Positions 1-8,730 of a DNA stretch of 32,297 nucleotides are shown in pieces (within the stretch, counting starts at the first letter, position 1; every line of letters begins with the position of its first letter). The notes under the pieces are model-generated. The model made no database searches. It had not been told where the DNA came from and saw only the letters and a list, made by a program, of their open reading frames with translations. The stretch lies in sequence record SRR20825006_1521. The stretch is one strand, 5' to 3'. A program made the translations under genes and the position numbers.

Positions 1-342
1 ATGCCGGGGCACATGAACGTGCTGCTGGCGGAAGCCAATGTGCCTTATGACGAGGTGTTCGAGCTTGAGGATATCAACAGCGAGTTCTCACAGGCCGACG
101 TGGCCTTCGTGATTGGCGCGAATGATGTCACCAACCCGTCGGCGAAGACAGACCCGCAAAGCCCGATCTTCGGCATGCCGGTTCTTGATGTTGAGAAGGC
201 TAAAACCGTGCTCTTTATCAAGCGCTCCATGGGCAGTGGGTACGCAGGGGTGGAGAACGAGCTCTTCTTCCGCGACAACACCATGATGCTGTTCTCGGAT
301 GCGAAGAAAATGGTGGAAGAGATCGTCAAAAGCTTCCACTAG
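1..342 (+). CDS. pntB: NAD(P)+ transhydrogenase beta subunit, C-terminal domain III (5'-truncated by window)
   Basis: [45 protein letters not shown] are hallmark PntB dIII motifs. Confidence 0.97.
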   Translation: MPGHMNVLLAEANVPYDEVFELEDINSEFSQADVAFVIGANDVTNPSAKTDPQSPIFGMPVLDVEKAKTVLFIKRSMGSGYAGVENELFFRDNTMMLFSDAKKMVEEIVKSFH

Positions 343-356
343 AGCTGAGAGTATTT

Positions 357-392
357 AAGGGGCATTCGGTTAAACCACCGGGTGCCCCTTTT
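357..392 (+). terminator. Intrinsic terminator after pntB
   Basis: AAGGGGCATTCGGT-loop-ACCGGGTGCCCCTTTT hairpin with T tail. Confidence 0.85.
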
Positions 393-470
393 GCGCGTTC
401 AGATTGCGTTCATCATACACACTGTAGTATGCTAGCCTTAGAACGGTTGTCTCATATGGAGGGCTAGACC

Positions 471-1154
471 ATGACAAAAAACACCTTGAGCCAAATCACT
501 TCGCGCACGCTTGCTGTTGCTGGGTGTTTTCTAACGCTCGGTTTCGCACTGCCTGCCCACGCAGATGTTGATGTGCAGTTTGAAGGTTATGTCGCGGATA
601 AGATGAACCGCATCACGGCCATTGACCGTAATCGCGAAGATGTTTTCCGTAACTATCGCACCGAAGGCAGCCGGGGCCAGGTCGACCCACGCGACAAGCT
701 CAATGTCAGTTATTTCGCCGGTACTGAATGGGGCAATGAGCGCGTTTTCCCCAGCTATGATGATTATAATGTGCCAGACCTTATCAAGGAAATGATGGTG
801 CGCGGCATCAAGGAAGCGGATCCGGACTTCAATGGCACTGTTCAGGTGACGATTGACAAATTGCGGATCAAGGACTTCTCGCTTGCGGTGATTTCTTCAT
901 CCACAACACAGATGTCAGGCACCGTGAAAGTGTTGGATGCTGCCGGTAACGTCACGTCAGAACATGATATCTGGTCCGGTATTGTGCCGGAGTATAGCGC
1001 GTCCAACAGATACAAGGGCCGAAACTACGCTTATGTTGGTAGTGCCGTGGCAACCCGGGTGGGGCCAATCGCCGCTGAATTTACGGAAAAAGCGCTGGAG
1101 ACCCTGTATCCAGAATATGACGCACCGGGCCTCGTTATTGTGTCCAGCCGCTGA
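471..1154 (+). CDS. Hypothetical exported protein
   Basis: 227-aa ORF, GGAGG RBS near 458, signal peptide ending A-H-A, followed by a terminator; no family recognised. Confidence 0.8.
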   Translation: MTKNTLSQITSRTLAVAGCFLTLGFALPAHADVDVQFEGYVADKMNRITAIDRNREDVFRNYRTEGSRGQVDPRDKLNVSYFAGTEWGNERVFPSYDDYNVPDLIKEMMVRGIKEADPDFNGTVQVTIDKLRIKDFSLAVISSSTTQMSGTVKVLDAAGNVTSEHDIWSGIVPEYSASNRYKGRNYAYVGSAVATRVGPIAAEFTEKALETLYPEYDAPGLVIVSSR

Positions 1155-1183
1155 CCTGCGCAGCAATCTTTCTACACTATGGC

Positions 1184-1218
1184 AAAAAGGCCGCGGCTCA
1201 AATGAGCGGCGGCCTTTT
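1184..1218. terminator. Intrinsic terminator, possibly bidirectional
   Basis: AAAAAGGCCGCGGCTCA-AA-TGAGCGGCGGCCTTTT; A-run before and T-run after the stem. Confidence 0.8.
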
Positions 1219-1219
1219 C

Positions 1220-1258
1220 TTTGGGAAGGGCCTTTTGGGAAGGGCCTTTTGGGAAGGG
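1220..1258 (+). repeat. 14-bp tandem repeat (TTTTGGGAAGGGCC), about 2.8 copies; G-quadruplex-type motif
   Basis: GGGAAGGGCCTTTTGGGAAGGGCCTTTTGGGAAGGG read directly. Confidence 0.9.
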
Positions 1259-1404
1259 TAAGAATTGGAAAGTAGGGGCGGGTAGTTTCTTCTCGGTAGG
1301 GCCAATGATGAAACCACCCGCCAGAATGGCGCCGCTGTCAGGACCGGCACCTCACCGCGCCGAGGCATCCAACACAAGCGCGGTGTGCTCATGGTATGAC
1401 ATGG

Positions 1405-1427
1405 TTGCAATTAATAATCAATCGCAA
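1405..1427. promoter_or_regulatory. Fur-like operator (inverted relative to the 1520 site)
   Basis: Reverse complement TTGCGATTGATTATTAATTGCAA resembles TTGCGAAGCATTATTAAT at 1520; upstream of a siderophore receptor. Confidence 0.6.
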
Positions 1428-1513
1428 AAATGAATGAAGGGACACTTTTTCACAATCGGGAAACGTGCCCGCCGGGGTCAGTTCGGTCAAAACCAAATCT
1501 GCCGTAATTAATA

Positions 1514-1542
1514 TTGACATTGCGAAGCATTATTAATAACGT
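1514..1542 (+). promoter_or_regulatory. sigma70 promoter with Fur-like operator in the spacer
   Basis: TTGACA-17 bp (TTGCGAAGCATTATTAA)-TAACGT, about 40 bp before the receptor start. Confidence 0.8.
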
Positions 1543-1583
1543 CCGCGCCATTCAAGTTTGGCTCAGATTTCAGGGGTTCCCCA

Positions 1584-3707
1584 ATGTCCGTATTTTCCCG
1601 CGTATATTCCTCGCGCCCACAGCTTCGTCCACAGTTTCGCTCACAGGTTCGTAATTTCCTCTTGTCCGGTTTGGCGGTGTCCGCGCTTGCCATGAACGTT
1701 TCAGCGCTTGAGCTGAGCGACGAGGAAAAAGAAAACATTGAAGAGATTATCGTTGAAGGTGAGTTGAGCCGCTACTCCGCCACCAAGATGGCGACCCCGA
1801 TCTTTGAGACCGCTCGTTCGATCTCGATCGAGGACCAGCAGCAATTGCTTGATAAAGGCGTGCTTGAGCTTGCAGACGCTTATGTGTACGCGCCCGGCGT
1901 CTATGGCCAGAGCTACGGCTTTGCCACCCGCGGTGACTGGGTGAAGGTGCGCGGCCTGAATGTGGCGGAATACCGCGACAGCCTGCAGGCGCTTTTCGGC
2001 AATTATAACAACACCCGCAGCCATGTTTACACGCTCGAGCAGGTGGAAATCCTCAAAGGGCCGTCGTCTGTGCTTTATGGCCAAGGCTCGCCCGGTGGGC
2101 TTGTGAACGTGGTTTCCAAACGCCCGCGGGATGAAGCTTACCGCGAAGTGGTGGCTGAGTATGGCAACTTTGATCGCAAGCAGATCGCCGCTGACCTTAC
2201 CGGCCCGCTGGATGACGCTGGCAAGTTTCTTTACCGCATGATCGCGGTTTACCGAGATGCGGATACGCAAATCGACCATGTTGAGGATGATGCGGTGGTG
2301 TTTGCGCCTTCCATCACATGGCGGCCAAGCATGAGCACCAACATCACCATTCTTGGCAACTATCAGGACTATAACGGTCAGGCGGCGGCGCAGTTCCTGC
2401 CGCATGAAGGCACCATCTTCCCCGCACCCAACGGCCAGTATATGGACCCGAATGTTTTCCTCGGGGAGCCTGACTTTGACCGCTACGACACCAAAACAAA
2501 ATCCATCACGCTGTTGGCTGACCATAATTTCAGCGCAAGCTGGGGCATGGAAGCCACGGCGCGTTACACCAAGGGGGAGGCTGACTACCGCCAGTCATGG
2601 CCGTCGTTCATTGGCGGCAACCGCTATATCGACGATGAAGGCAATGTGCTGCGCACCTTCTATCAGTCAGACGCGGCAAGTGACCAATATGCGGCAGATG
2701 TGCGCGTGCGCGGTGAGTTCACCACAGGCGGGCTTGAGCATAACCTCTTGGTGGGGGTCGACTATCAGGACGTAACGACCGACAACGACTATTATTACCC
2801 GTTCGCGCTGCCGGGTTTTGGCATCAATGTGTTCAACCCCGTATACGGCAATGTGCCAACCGTGGCTGAGCTGGGGCCATACTATGATAACCCCGAAACC
2901 AGGAACGAGCAGGTTGGTTTCTCGATTCAGGATCAGGTTCGTGTGGGGCGCCTGCTTGTGACTCTGGGCCTTCGCGGCGACAAGGTGAAAAGCGATACCG
3001 GCTATGCCACGCAGGATGATAAGGAACTAAGCACATCCGTTGGGTTCATGTACCAGTTGCCGGGCGGTTTTTCGCCTTATGCCAGCTTCTCCGAATCGTT
3101 CGAGCCGGTTGTGGGTACGAAGTTTGATGGCAGCGCCTATGACCCGCAAAAAGGCAAACAATATGAAGTGGGGATCAAGTACCAGCCCGAAGGCACCAAT
3201 GCGCTGATCACCGTCAGCTATTTTGATATCGACCAAAGCAATCTGGTAACACCGGACCCTGACCACCCGGGTTTCTCCGTGCAGGAAGGCAGCGTGACCA
3301 TCAAGGGGTTCGAGTTTGAAGCCCTCGGCACCGTGGGTGATTTCACGCTTGAGGGCAATTATAGCTATCTGGATACGGAAACGTCTGACGGCTTCCGGCT
3401 TGACAGCATCCCGGCGCATCAGGCCTCAAGCTGGGTGACATGGCGCCCAAGCGATGTGATGCTTGGCTTCAAGGCGGGCTTTGGTGTGCGCTACGTTGGC
3501 GCAAGCTGGGACGGCGCAGACAACATCAAAACACCGTCCTACACGCTGGCGGATGCCATGGTCGGCTATGAGACAGACCGGTTTGACCTGTCGCTCAACG
3601 TGCATAACCTGACCGATAAACAATATATCGCAACCTGTATCGCGCGCGGTGACTGTTTCATCGGTAAGGACCGCACCGTTGTTGCCCGCCTCGCGGTGAA
3701 ATTCTAG
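1584..3707 (+). CDS. TonB-dependent siderophore receptor (FhuA/FoxA-like)
   Basis: Signal peptide, TonB box-like EEIIVEG, plug motif LEQVEILKGPSSVLYG...PGGLVNVVSKRP, NLTDKQY, terminal Phe. Confidence 0.95.
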   Translation: MSVFSRVYSSRPQLRPQFRSQVRNFLLSGLAVSALAMNVSALELSDEEKENIEEIIVEGELSRYSATKMATPIFETARSISIEDQQQLLDKGVLELADAYVYAPGVYGQSYGFATRGDWVKVRGLNVAEYRDSLQALFGNYNNTRSHVYTLEQVEILKGPSSVLYGQGSPGGLVNVVSKRPRDEAYREVVAEYGNFDRKQIAADLTGPLDDAGKFLYRMIAVYRDADTQIDHVEDDAVVFAPSITWRPSMSTNITILGNYQDYNGQAAAQFLPHEGTIFPAPNGQYMDPNVFLGEPDFDRYDTKTKSITLLADHNFSASWGMEATARYTKGEADYRQSWPSFIGGNRYIDDEGNVLRTFYQSDAASDQYAADVRVRGEFTTGGLEHNLLVGVDYQDVTTDNDYYYPFALPGFGINVFNPVYGNVPTVAELGPYYDNPETRNEQVGFSIQDQVRVGRLLVTLGLRGDKVKSDTGYATQDDKELSTSVGFMYQLPGGFSPYASFSESFEPVVGTKFDGSAYDPQKGKQYEVGIKYQPEGTNALITVSYFDIDQSNLVTPDPDHPGFSVQEGSVTIKGFEFEALGTVGDFTLEGNYSYLDTETSDGFRLDSIPAHQASSWVTWRPSDVMLGFKAGFGVRYVGASWDGADNIKTPSYTLADAMVGYETDRFDLSLNVHNLTDKQYIATCIARGDCFIGKDRTVVARLAVKF

Positions 3708-3723
3708 GGTATAGAGCGTTGGG

Positions 3724-3783
3724 GGCAGGGCCATCACCCTGCCTCATGGTCCTGCTTTATGGCCCTGCCTCATAGCCCTACCT
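3724..3783. repeat. Hairpin arm plus four degenerate 13-bp tandem repeats between convergent genes
   Basis: GGCAGGGCCAT then CATCACCCTGCCT / CATGGTCCTGCTT / TATGGCCCTGCCT / CATAGCCCTACCT. Confidence 0.75.
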
Positions 3784-3808
3784 TGGGGGCAATACGCCCC
3801 GGTTATGA

Positions 3809-4915
3809 TCAGGGCGTCACCAGATATTTTTCGCCCGTCCGCATCGCGCGGTAGTCCGTCACCGCGTCTTTTGTGAGCATTTCTTCAAGGTTCACGCGTT
3901 TTTTGTAGCTGCTCGCAAACGTGGTGGTGAGGTTTTCAAGCACACGCTTGCGCATGCGTGCCGCCACTTCCATGCCCACCGACTGCAGGAACGGGAACAA
4001 CAGCCAGCCGGAGAGTGTCCAGCCGAAACCGTAACTCGGCGTCAGCACCGTCGGGCTCACATCCAGCCGGCCATAGATGAACATGCGCTTCTGCTGGTTG
4101 GAGCCATAGCGTGAGTATTCCGTCATTTTCGTCACCGCCACCTGCTCCATCGCCTTGAAGGCGGTATCAACCGCCTTGCCGCCGCCAATGGGGTCAAAGC
4201 CGTAAAACGCATCCGTGTCGTCAATCGCGGTGCGCAGCTGCTTCATGAAATCATCATGCGATGAGTTCACCACATGGGTGGAGCCGAGCTTTTGAAGAAG
4301 GCCAACCTGGCTTTCCTTGCGCACAATGTTCACGAGCGCGAGGCCGTCTTCCTTGCAAATGCGCGTCAGCATCTGCCCCAAATTTGAGGCCCCCACCGTG
4401 TGCAAAATGGCACCTTGTTTGTCCATCTTGGCGTTTTCCGCAAAGCCAAGTGCGGTCATCGGGTTCACGAACGCGCTCGCGCCGTCCTCCGCCGTGTGGT
4501 CACCCAGCGGCAGGCACATTTTGGCATCCACAACACAGTATTGGCTGTAGGCATTGCCGGGCACGCACGCCACCCGCTGGCCCATCAGCGCCTTGGCCAT
4601 GTCGCCATCGCCCGTGGCAACCACGGTGCCAGCCCCCTCATTCCCCGCCGGGAGCTTGAGGCCATGCCGCGCTTTTGAGCCGGTGTTAAAGGGCTCAGGC
4701 ATGGTGGCCACAAATTTGCCGGTGGAATAGTCGGCATTCTCAAGGTCCGCCGCACTCGTGAGGATCGCAAGGTCGGATGGGTTAATGGGCGCCGCTTCCA
4801 TCTTCACCAGCACCTGATTGCCGCTGGGGTCCGGGAAGGTCACGTCCTCAATCGCGACGGTGAGCGTGCCGTCACTTTCAAGCGTGGTGAAAAGTTGTTT
4901 GCCCGTTGTGCTCAT
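3809..4915 (-). CDS. MDR-superfamily oxidoreductase (enoyl-reductase/'NADH oxidase'-like)
   Basis: VLVKMEAAPINPSDL, GNEGAGTVVA, GASNLG nucleotide-binding region, FDPIGGG. Confidence 0.88.
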   Translation of the reverse strand: MSTTGKQLFTTLESDGTLTVAIEDVTFPDPSGNQVLVKMEAAPINPSDLAILTSAADLENADYSTGKFVATMPEPFNTGSKARHGLKLPAGNEGAGTVVATGDGDMAKALMGQRVACVPGNAYSQYCVVDAKMCLPLGDHTAEDGASAFVNPMTALGFAENAKMDKQGAILHTVGASNLGQMLTRICKEDGLALVNIVRKESQVGLLQKLGSTHVVNSSHDDFMKQLRTAIDDTDAFYGFDPIGGGKAVDTAFKAMEQVAVTKMTEYSRYGSNQQKRMFIYGRLDVSPTVLTPSYGFGWTLSGWLLFPFLQSVGMEVAARMRKRVLENLTTTFASSYKKRVNLEEMLTKDAVTDYRAMRTGEKYLVTP

Positions 4916-5055
4916 ACCCTTGTCTCCTTCTCACGAATGCGGTTTATGCGCTGCCCGCCAGCCGGGGCCGCCACACATGTTTGTTATTAGGTCATGTAGC
5001 GCGGTTGAGACAAAGGCAAGGCGGTGGTGGGCGGATTGGTGGCGAGGGCGCTGCC

Positions 5056-8000
5056 TCAGGCCGCAAAGCGGCCATCTTCCACCCGTTCGGCCTGCCCAAG
5101 GGCTTCGAGGCTTTCAAGCAGCGGCAGCACGGCATTGGTGCGCGCACGGGCGAAACGACGGGCGATCTGTTCCGGGCTGGCTTCGCCCATGTCCGACAGC
5201 ACTTCGCGCACCGCGGCAATCTGCTCGGGCAGGGATTTGGGCCATGGGGCTTTCTCCGCCGTGACCGCAGTGCCCACGTCCATTTCGGCCTGTTTGCCCT
5301 TGGCGGCTTGTGTGCCGGTTGGGTTCTGATACTCAGGCCGCAGCCAGCGCACATGCCCGCGCGCTTCTTCCTCGGCGCGTTCCTTGTTGAGCGCCACAAG
5401 GCGGAACAGGATGTCTTCGTCGCTCAGGTCATGGGGCCAGCCATAAGCATCGGCCACTGCCGCATCAATCTGGTCATGCAGGTCGCGCAATATGCCAACA
5501 AGGCCCTGATCGTATATCTCCCGGTCCTTGCCTTCGATGGCTTCGCCTGCGCGCAGCTTTTCCAGCACATTATACATCTGCGTCAGCGTCAGCTTGGGGT
5601 GCGCCGCCTGCTGGCGCTTGCGGTGCGCATCCAGCTCCTCGCCCAAGGCGCGAAGACGGGTTTTCTGCGTTTCGGTGAGGTCGGGGAAAGGGAAGGGGTC
5701 GAAGCATTTTGTTTTGTTATAAACTGGACGATCTTCTAACACCCCACCGCTAGCCAAACACCAAACGACATGTATTCGCGATGAAACTACCGCAAGGATA
5801 CTTGGATCATCCATTCCAAGCACCACTAACCTATTATCAGGCAAGATCGAGGCATCCAGAAACTGAAAAACCCTATGCTGCATCGTTTCCACTGTGACAA
5901 TATATCGAGGCAGCCCGTTGAGGACGCGCCGTAGTTCCCGCCGTGGTTCTCCGTGTACCCACCAATTTCGTCGATAGGATACTCTGTTATTTTGATCCCG
6001 TTCCGGTTTCACATTGTCTAAAACGTGTTGATATATAGCGGCGTATCGCTCTCGCACCTGTTCTTCAGTCAAGCCATACAAATCGACTACCATAACCCCA
6101 CGGGGGGTGGCAGTAAGATCGCGCCCATGTCGATAGTTGCGTATGTGTTTTTCGAGTCCTTCGATCACCCCTAAACCCAAAGCTTTGGCTTTTTCAGGCG
6201 AAACGATGAACCCAGACCCAATTAGTTGCATTCCGCGGTATCCGAGGTCGCGGTTTGATTGTAGTGCAGTCGCACCCACCACGTTTGCGCCAATTTGTAT
6301 ATTCGCAAAAACCTTTCCAACTTGATGATCGAACGACACCTGTCGTCCATCTGCTTCGTTTTTCTCTCTGCTCTCCGACGTTACTGTCAGGAGCCGGCCT
6401 GCTCTGTTGCCAGCCGCGCCCACCGTCATGGCGATGCGCACGGCGGCACCATAAAGTGTATCCACCCACGGGTGATCCGGGATGGCGAACAACAGCGACA
6501 ATGGCTTTTTGGGCTCGTTCAGGTGTGGTTCCAGCACCCGGCGGTTGAAGGTCTGGCGCAGCGAATTGGTGGTGATCAGGCCAAAGCGGCGGGTGCCTTT
6601 GCTCTTTTTTGCGTCGTAAGCGCGCGCGGCCAGTGCCGCCTTTTCCCACCAGAACATCACAAGGTCAGCACTTTGCGGCATTTTGGGGTATGCCTGCCAT
6701 AGCGCTTCCACATAACCGTCGCCGAGACTGTCCCGCAGCCGGGACGCCCCAATAAACGGCGGGTTGCCGACGATGAAATCGGCCTGCGGCCAAACGGTCG
6801 CCTTGGGTTTTGTATAGTCATACACCTGCACGCGGGCGTCCGGGTCCGGCACTTCCTCGCCTGTCACCGCATGGCGCATAGTGGTGACACCGTCCCAGCG
6901 AGTGACGGGCTTGCCGTCTGCGTCCATACGTGGGGTGCGGGCCTCCCATTCAAGCACCGCATCACCTTGGCGGATGTTCTTGAAATCCTTGAGCACAGGC
7001 TCAGAAGGTGAGGCATTGCCATAGGTGCGGAAATGCCATTGCAGGTAACCAATCCACAGCACCAGCTCCGCCACGTTTGCGGCCCATGGGTTCAGTTCAA
7101 TGCCCTTGAACTGGTGCGGGTCCACGGTGATGAGGGGCATGGTGTCCCCCAGCTCCAGCATCAGCGAGGTTACCTCACCCTCAAGCCGTTTCATCATCTC
7201 AAGCGTGACATAAAGGAAGTTGCCTGAACCGCAAGCCGGGTCCAGCACCGTGGTGTCACACAGTTTGGCGTGAAAGTCGCGCACAGTTTTGCGCGCTTCG
7301 TCCATCTTGCCGTCTGCGCTCAGGCGCTGCACGGCGGTCTGCACATCGCGCCAATCCTCCCGCAGCGGTTCCATCACGGTGGGTGTCACCAGCCGTTCCA
7401 CATAAGAACGCGGGGTATAGTGCGCGCCCAGCTTGTGACGCTGGCGTTTATCGAGCGCGCGTTCCAGCAGGGTGCCGAAAATTGCCGGTTCAACCTGTTT
7501 CCACTCAGCCTCCGCCGCTTCAATCAGCAAACCGAGTTGAAGGTTATCAAGCGGCAGGGCGTCCGCTTCCCGGAACAGGCCACCGTTGAAACGCTTCAGG
7601 TCGGTCATTAGCGCTTGTGAGAAACCGCCGGTGTTCATGGTTTGCCACAGGCCTTCAAGCGCAGGCCGGGCGTGTTCAGGGTGACCGCGCAGTTTGATCA
7701 GCAGGTCTGTGAAGCTGCGCTTCGGGATAAGGTCAACATCTTCCGCGAACATGGAAAACAGGCAACGCATCAGGAAGCGGGCAACCGTTTGGCTGTCATG
7801 CCCCTGGCCTTCAAAACTTTTGCCAAGCTCGGCCAAATGGGCGGCAATCTCCCGCGTGACCTTGGCGGCACGCAGGGACGGGTCAAGGCTATAGGGGTCG
7901 GTCCAGATCGTGCGCAAAAGCGCGCGGGTTTCTTCCTCGCGAAGGTCCTCAAGGTGGATGCGGTAGCGGTTCCCGTCAGGGAACTGGTTGTAGCCTTGGC

Positions 8001-8487
8001 CCTGCTTTGAGAAATCGGCATACAGCTCGATCACATGCCCCACGTCAACCACCATCAGGAAGGGCGGCCAGCCGTCTTCTTTGGCTACAGCGCGGGCGTA
8101 ATTATCTGCCTGGTTGCGGGCCTTGAGCATGGTGTCGTCAAACTTGGCGGTGCCGCGCTTGCCGTGGCCTGCCTGTTTGGGCTTTTCCTTGTCTAGGAAC
8201 AACTCAAGGGTAGATTGGTCTTTCGCGGCGGCGGTGATGAACTGCTTGGCCTCAAGGACAAAATGCCCTTTTTTATAGAGGTCTATGCGTCCGTTTTTTT
8301 TACGGCCCGTGTGGGTCTGGGTGACCGGGCGTTCAAAGCGGTAGTCGAGGAAGTCTCCATCCTTGTCGGAGACATGCGGGCGGTCTACTTCCAAGAGGTC
8401 GGTCAGATCGATTGCAAACGATTGTGCGGTAGCCATTTCGGCGCCGCCGGAACCGGACCAGCGTTCTATAAATTCCTCAACAGTCAA
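5056..8487 (-). CDS. Fused restriction endonuclease / N6-adenine DNA methyltransferase, MmeI/YeeA-like (Type IIL/IIG)
   Basis: N-terminal GRIDLYKKGHFVLEAK (PD-(D/E)xK-like), FNGGLF, GAHYTP, motif I VLDPACGSGNF, motif IV GNPPF, TRD region. Start placed at TTG 8487 (MTVEEFIERW) instead of the ORF-track 8634. Confidence 0.9.
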   Translation of the reverse strand: MTVEEFIERWSGSGGAEMATAQSFAIDLTDLLEVDRPHVSDKDGDFLDYRFERPVTQTHTGRKKNGRIDLYKKGHFVLEAKQFITAAAKDQSTLELFLDKEKPKQAGHGKRGTAKFDDTMLKARNQADNYARAVAKEDGWPPFLMVVDVGHVIELYADFSKQGQGYNQFPDGNRYRIHLEDLREEETRALLRTIWTDPYSLDPSLRAAKVTREIAAHLAELGKSFEGQGHDSQTVARFLMRCLFSMFAEDVDLIPKRSFTDLLIKLRGHPEHARPALEGLWQTMNTGGFSQALMTDLKRFNGGLFREADALPLDNLQLGLLIEAAEAEWKQVEPAIFGTLLERALDKRQRHKLGAHYTPRSYVERLVTPTVMEPLREDWRDVQTAVQRLSADGKMDEARKTVRDFHAKLCDTTVLDPACGSGNFLYVTLEMMKRLEGEVTSLMLELGDTMPLITVDPHQFKGIELNPWAANVAELVLWIGYLQWHFRTYGNASPSEPVLKDFKNIRQGDAVLEWEARTPRMDADGKPVTRWDGVTTMRHAVTGEEVPDPDARVQVYDYTKPKATVWPQADFIVGNPPFIGASRLRDSLGDGYVEALWQAYPKMPQSADLVMFWWEKAALAARAYDAKKSKGTRRFGLITTNSLRQTFNRRVLEPHLNEPKKPLSLLFAIPDHPWVDTLYGAAVRIAMTVGAAGNRAGRLLTVTSESREKNEADGRQVSFDHQVGKVFANIQIGANVVGATALQSNRDLGYRGMQLIGSGFIVSPEKAKALGLGVIEGLEKHIRNYRHGRDLTATPRGVMVVDLYGLTEEQVRERYAAIYQHVLDNVKPERDQNNRVSYRRNWWVHGEPRRELRRVLNGLPRYIVTVETMQHRVFQFLDASILPDNRLVVLGMDDPSILAVVSSRIHVVWCLASGGVLEDRPVYNKTKCFDPFPFPDLTETQKTRLRALGEELDAHRKRQQAAHPKLTLTQMYNVLEKLRAGEAIEGKDREIYDQGLVGILRDLHDQIDAAVADAYGWPHDLSDEDILFRLVALNKERAEEEARGHVRWLRPEYQNPTGTQAAKGKQAEMDVGTAVTAEKAPWPKSLPEQIAAVREVLSDMGEASPEQIARRFARARTNAVLPLLESLEALGQAERVEDGRFAA

Positions 8488-8622
8488 ACCTAAGCCCCGA
8501 TACTGCGTTAAAATGAATATGTATTTAGGCAGTTCAAGGGGATAAGTGCAATCCAAACTTGCAAGGCAGGTAGCCTGTGGTGCGAAAATGCTTCTGATAC
8601 GCTTACGAAAGACATAGCGATA

Positions 8623-8651
8623 TTGACATTGCAAATCATTCTTAATAGCTT
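8623..8651 (+). promoter_or_regulatory. sigma70 promoter with Fur-like operator in the spacer
   Basis: TTGACA-17 bp (TTGCAAATCATTCTTAA)-TAGCTT; 8620-8651 matches 1511-1542 at 27 of 32 positions. Confidence 0.8.
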
Positions 8652-8730
8652 GCCCGCAACTTGATACTCAGGCGGGCGATGGGCGTATGTGCCCCGTGGC
8701 CCGCCGCACGCGCACAAACAGGGGGTCGCG

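Noticed and set aside
1172..1402. Minus-strand frame MSYHEHTALVLDASAR-TGA-GAGPDSGAILAGGF... as a selenoprotein or read-through ORF
   Set aside because: No RBS, no recognisable homology or redox motif, and it runs through the tandem repeat and terminator
4906..5739. 277-aa plus-strand ORF and other long antisense ORFs (e.g. 1701-2525, 13880-14752)
   Set aside because: Shadow frames of well-supported high-GC genes
8294..8301. A8 tract (minus strand) near the 5' end of the RM gene as a phase-variation switch
   Set aside because: Short, currently in frame, and explained by Lys-Lys-Asn codons
8488..8634. N-terminal extension of the RM ORF in the ORF track
   Set aside because: AT-rich, overlaps the divergent promoter; family-like sequence begins at TTG 8487
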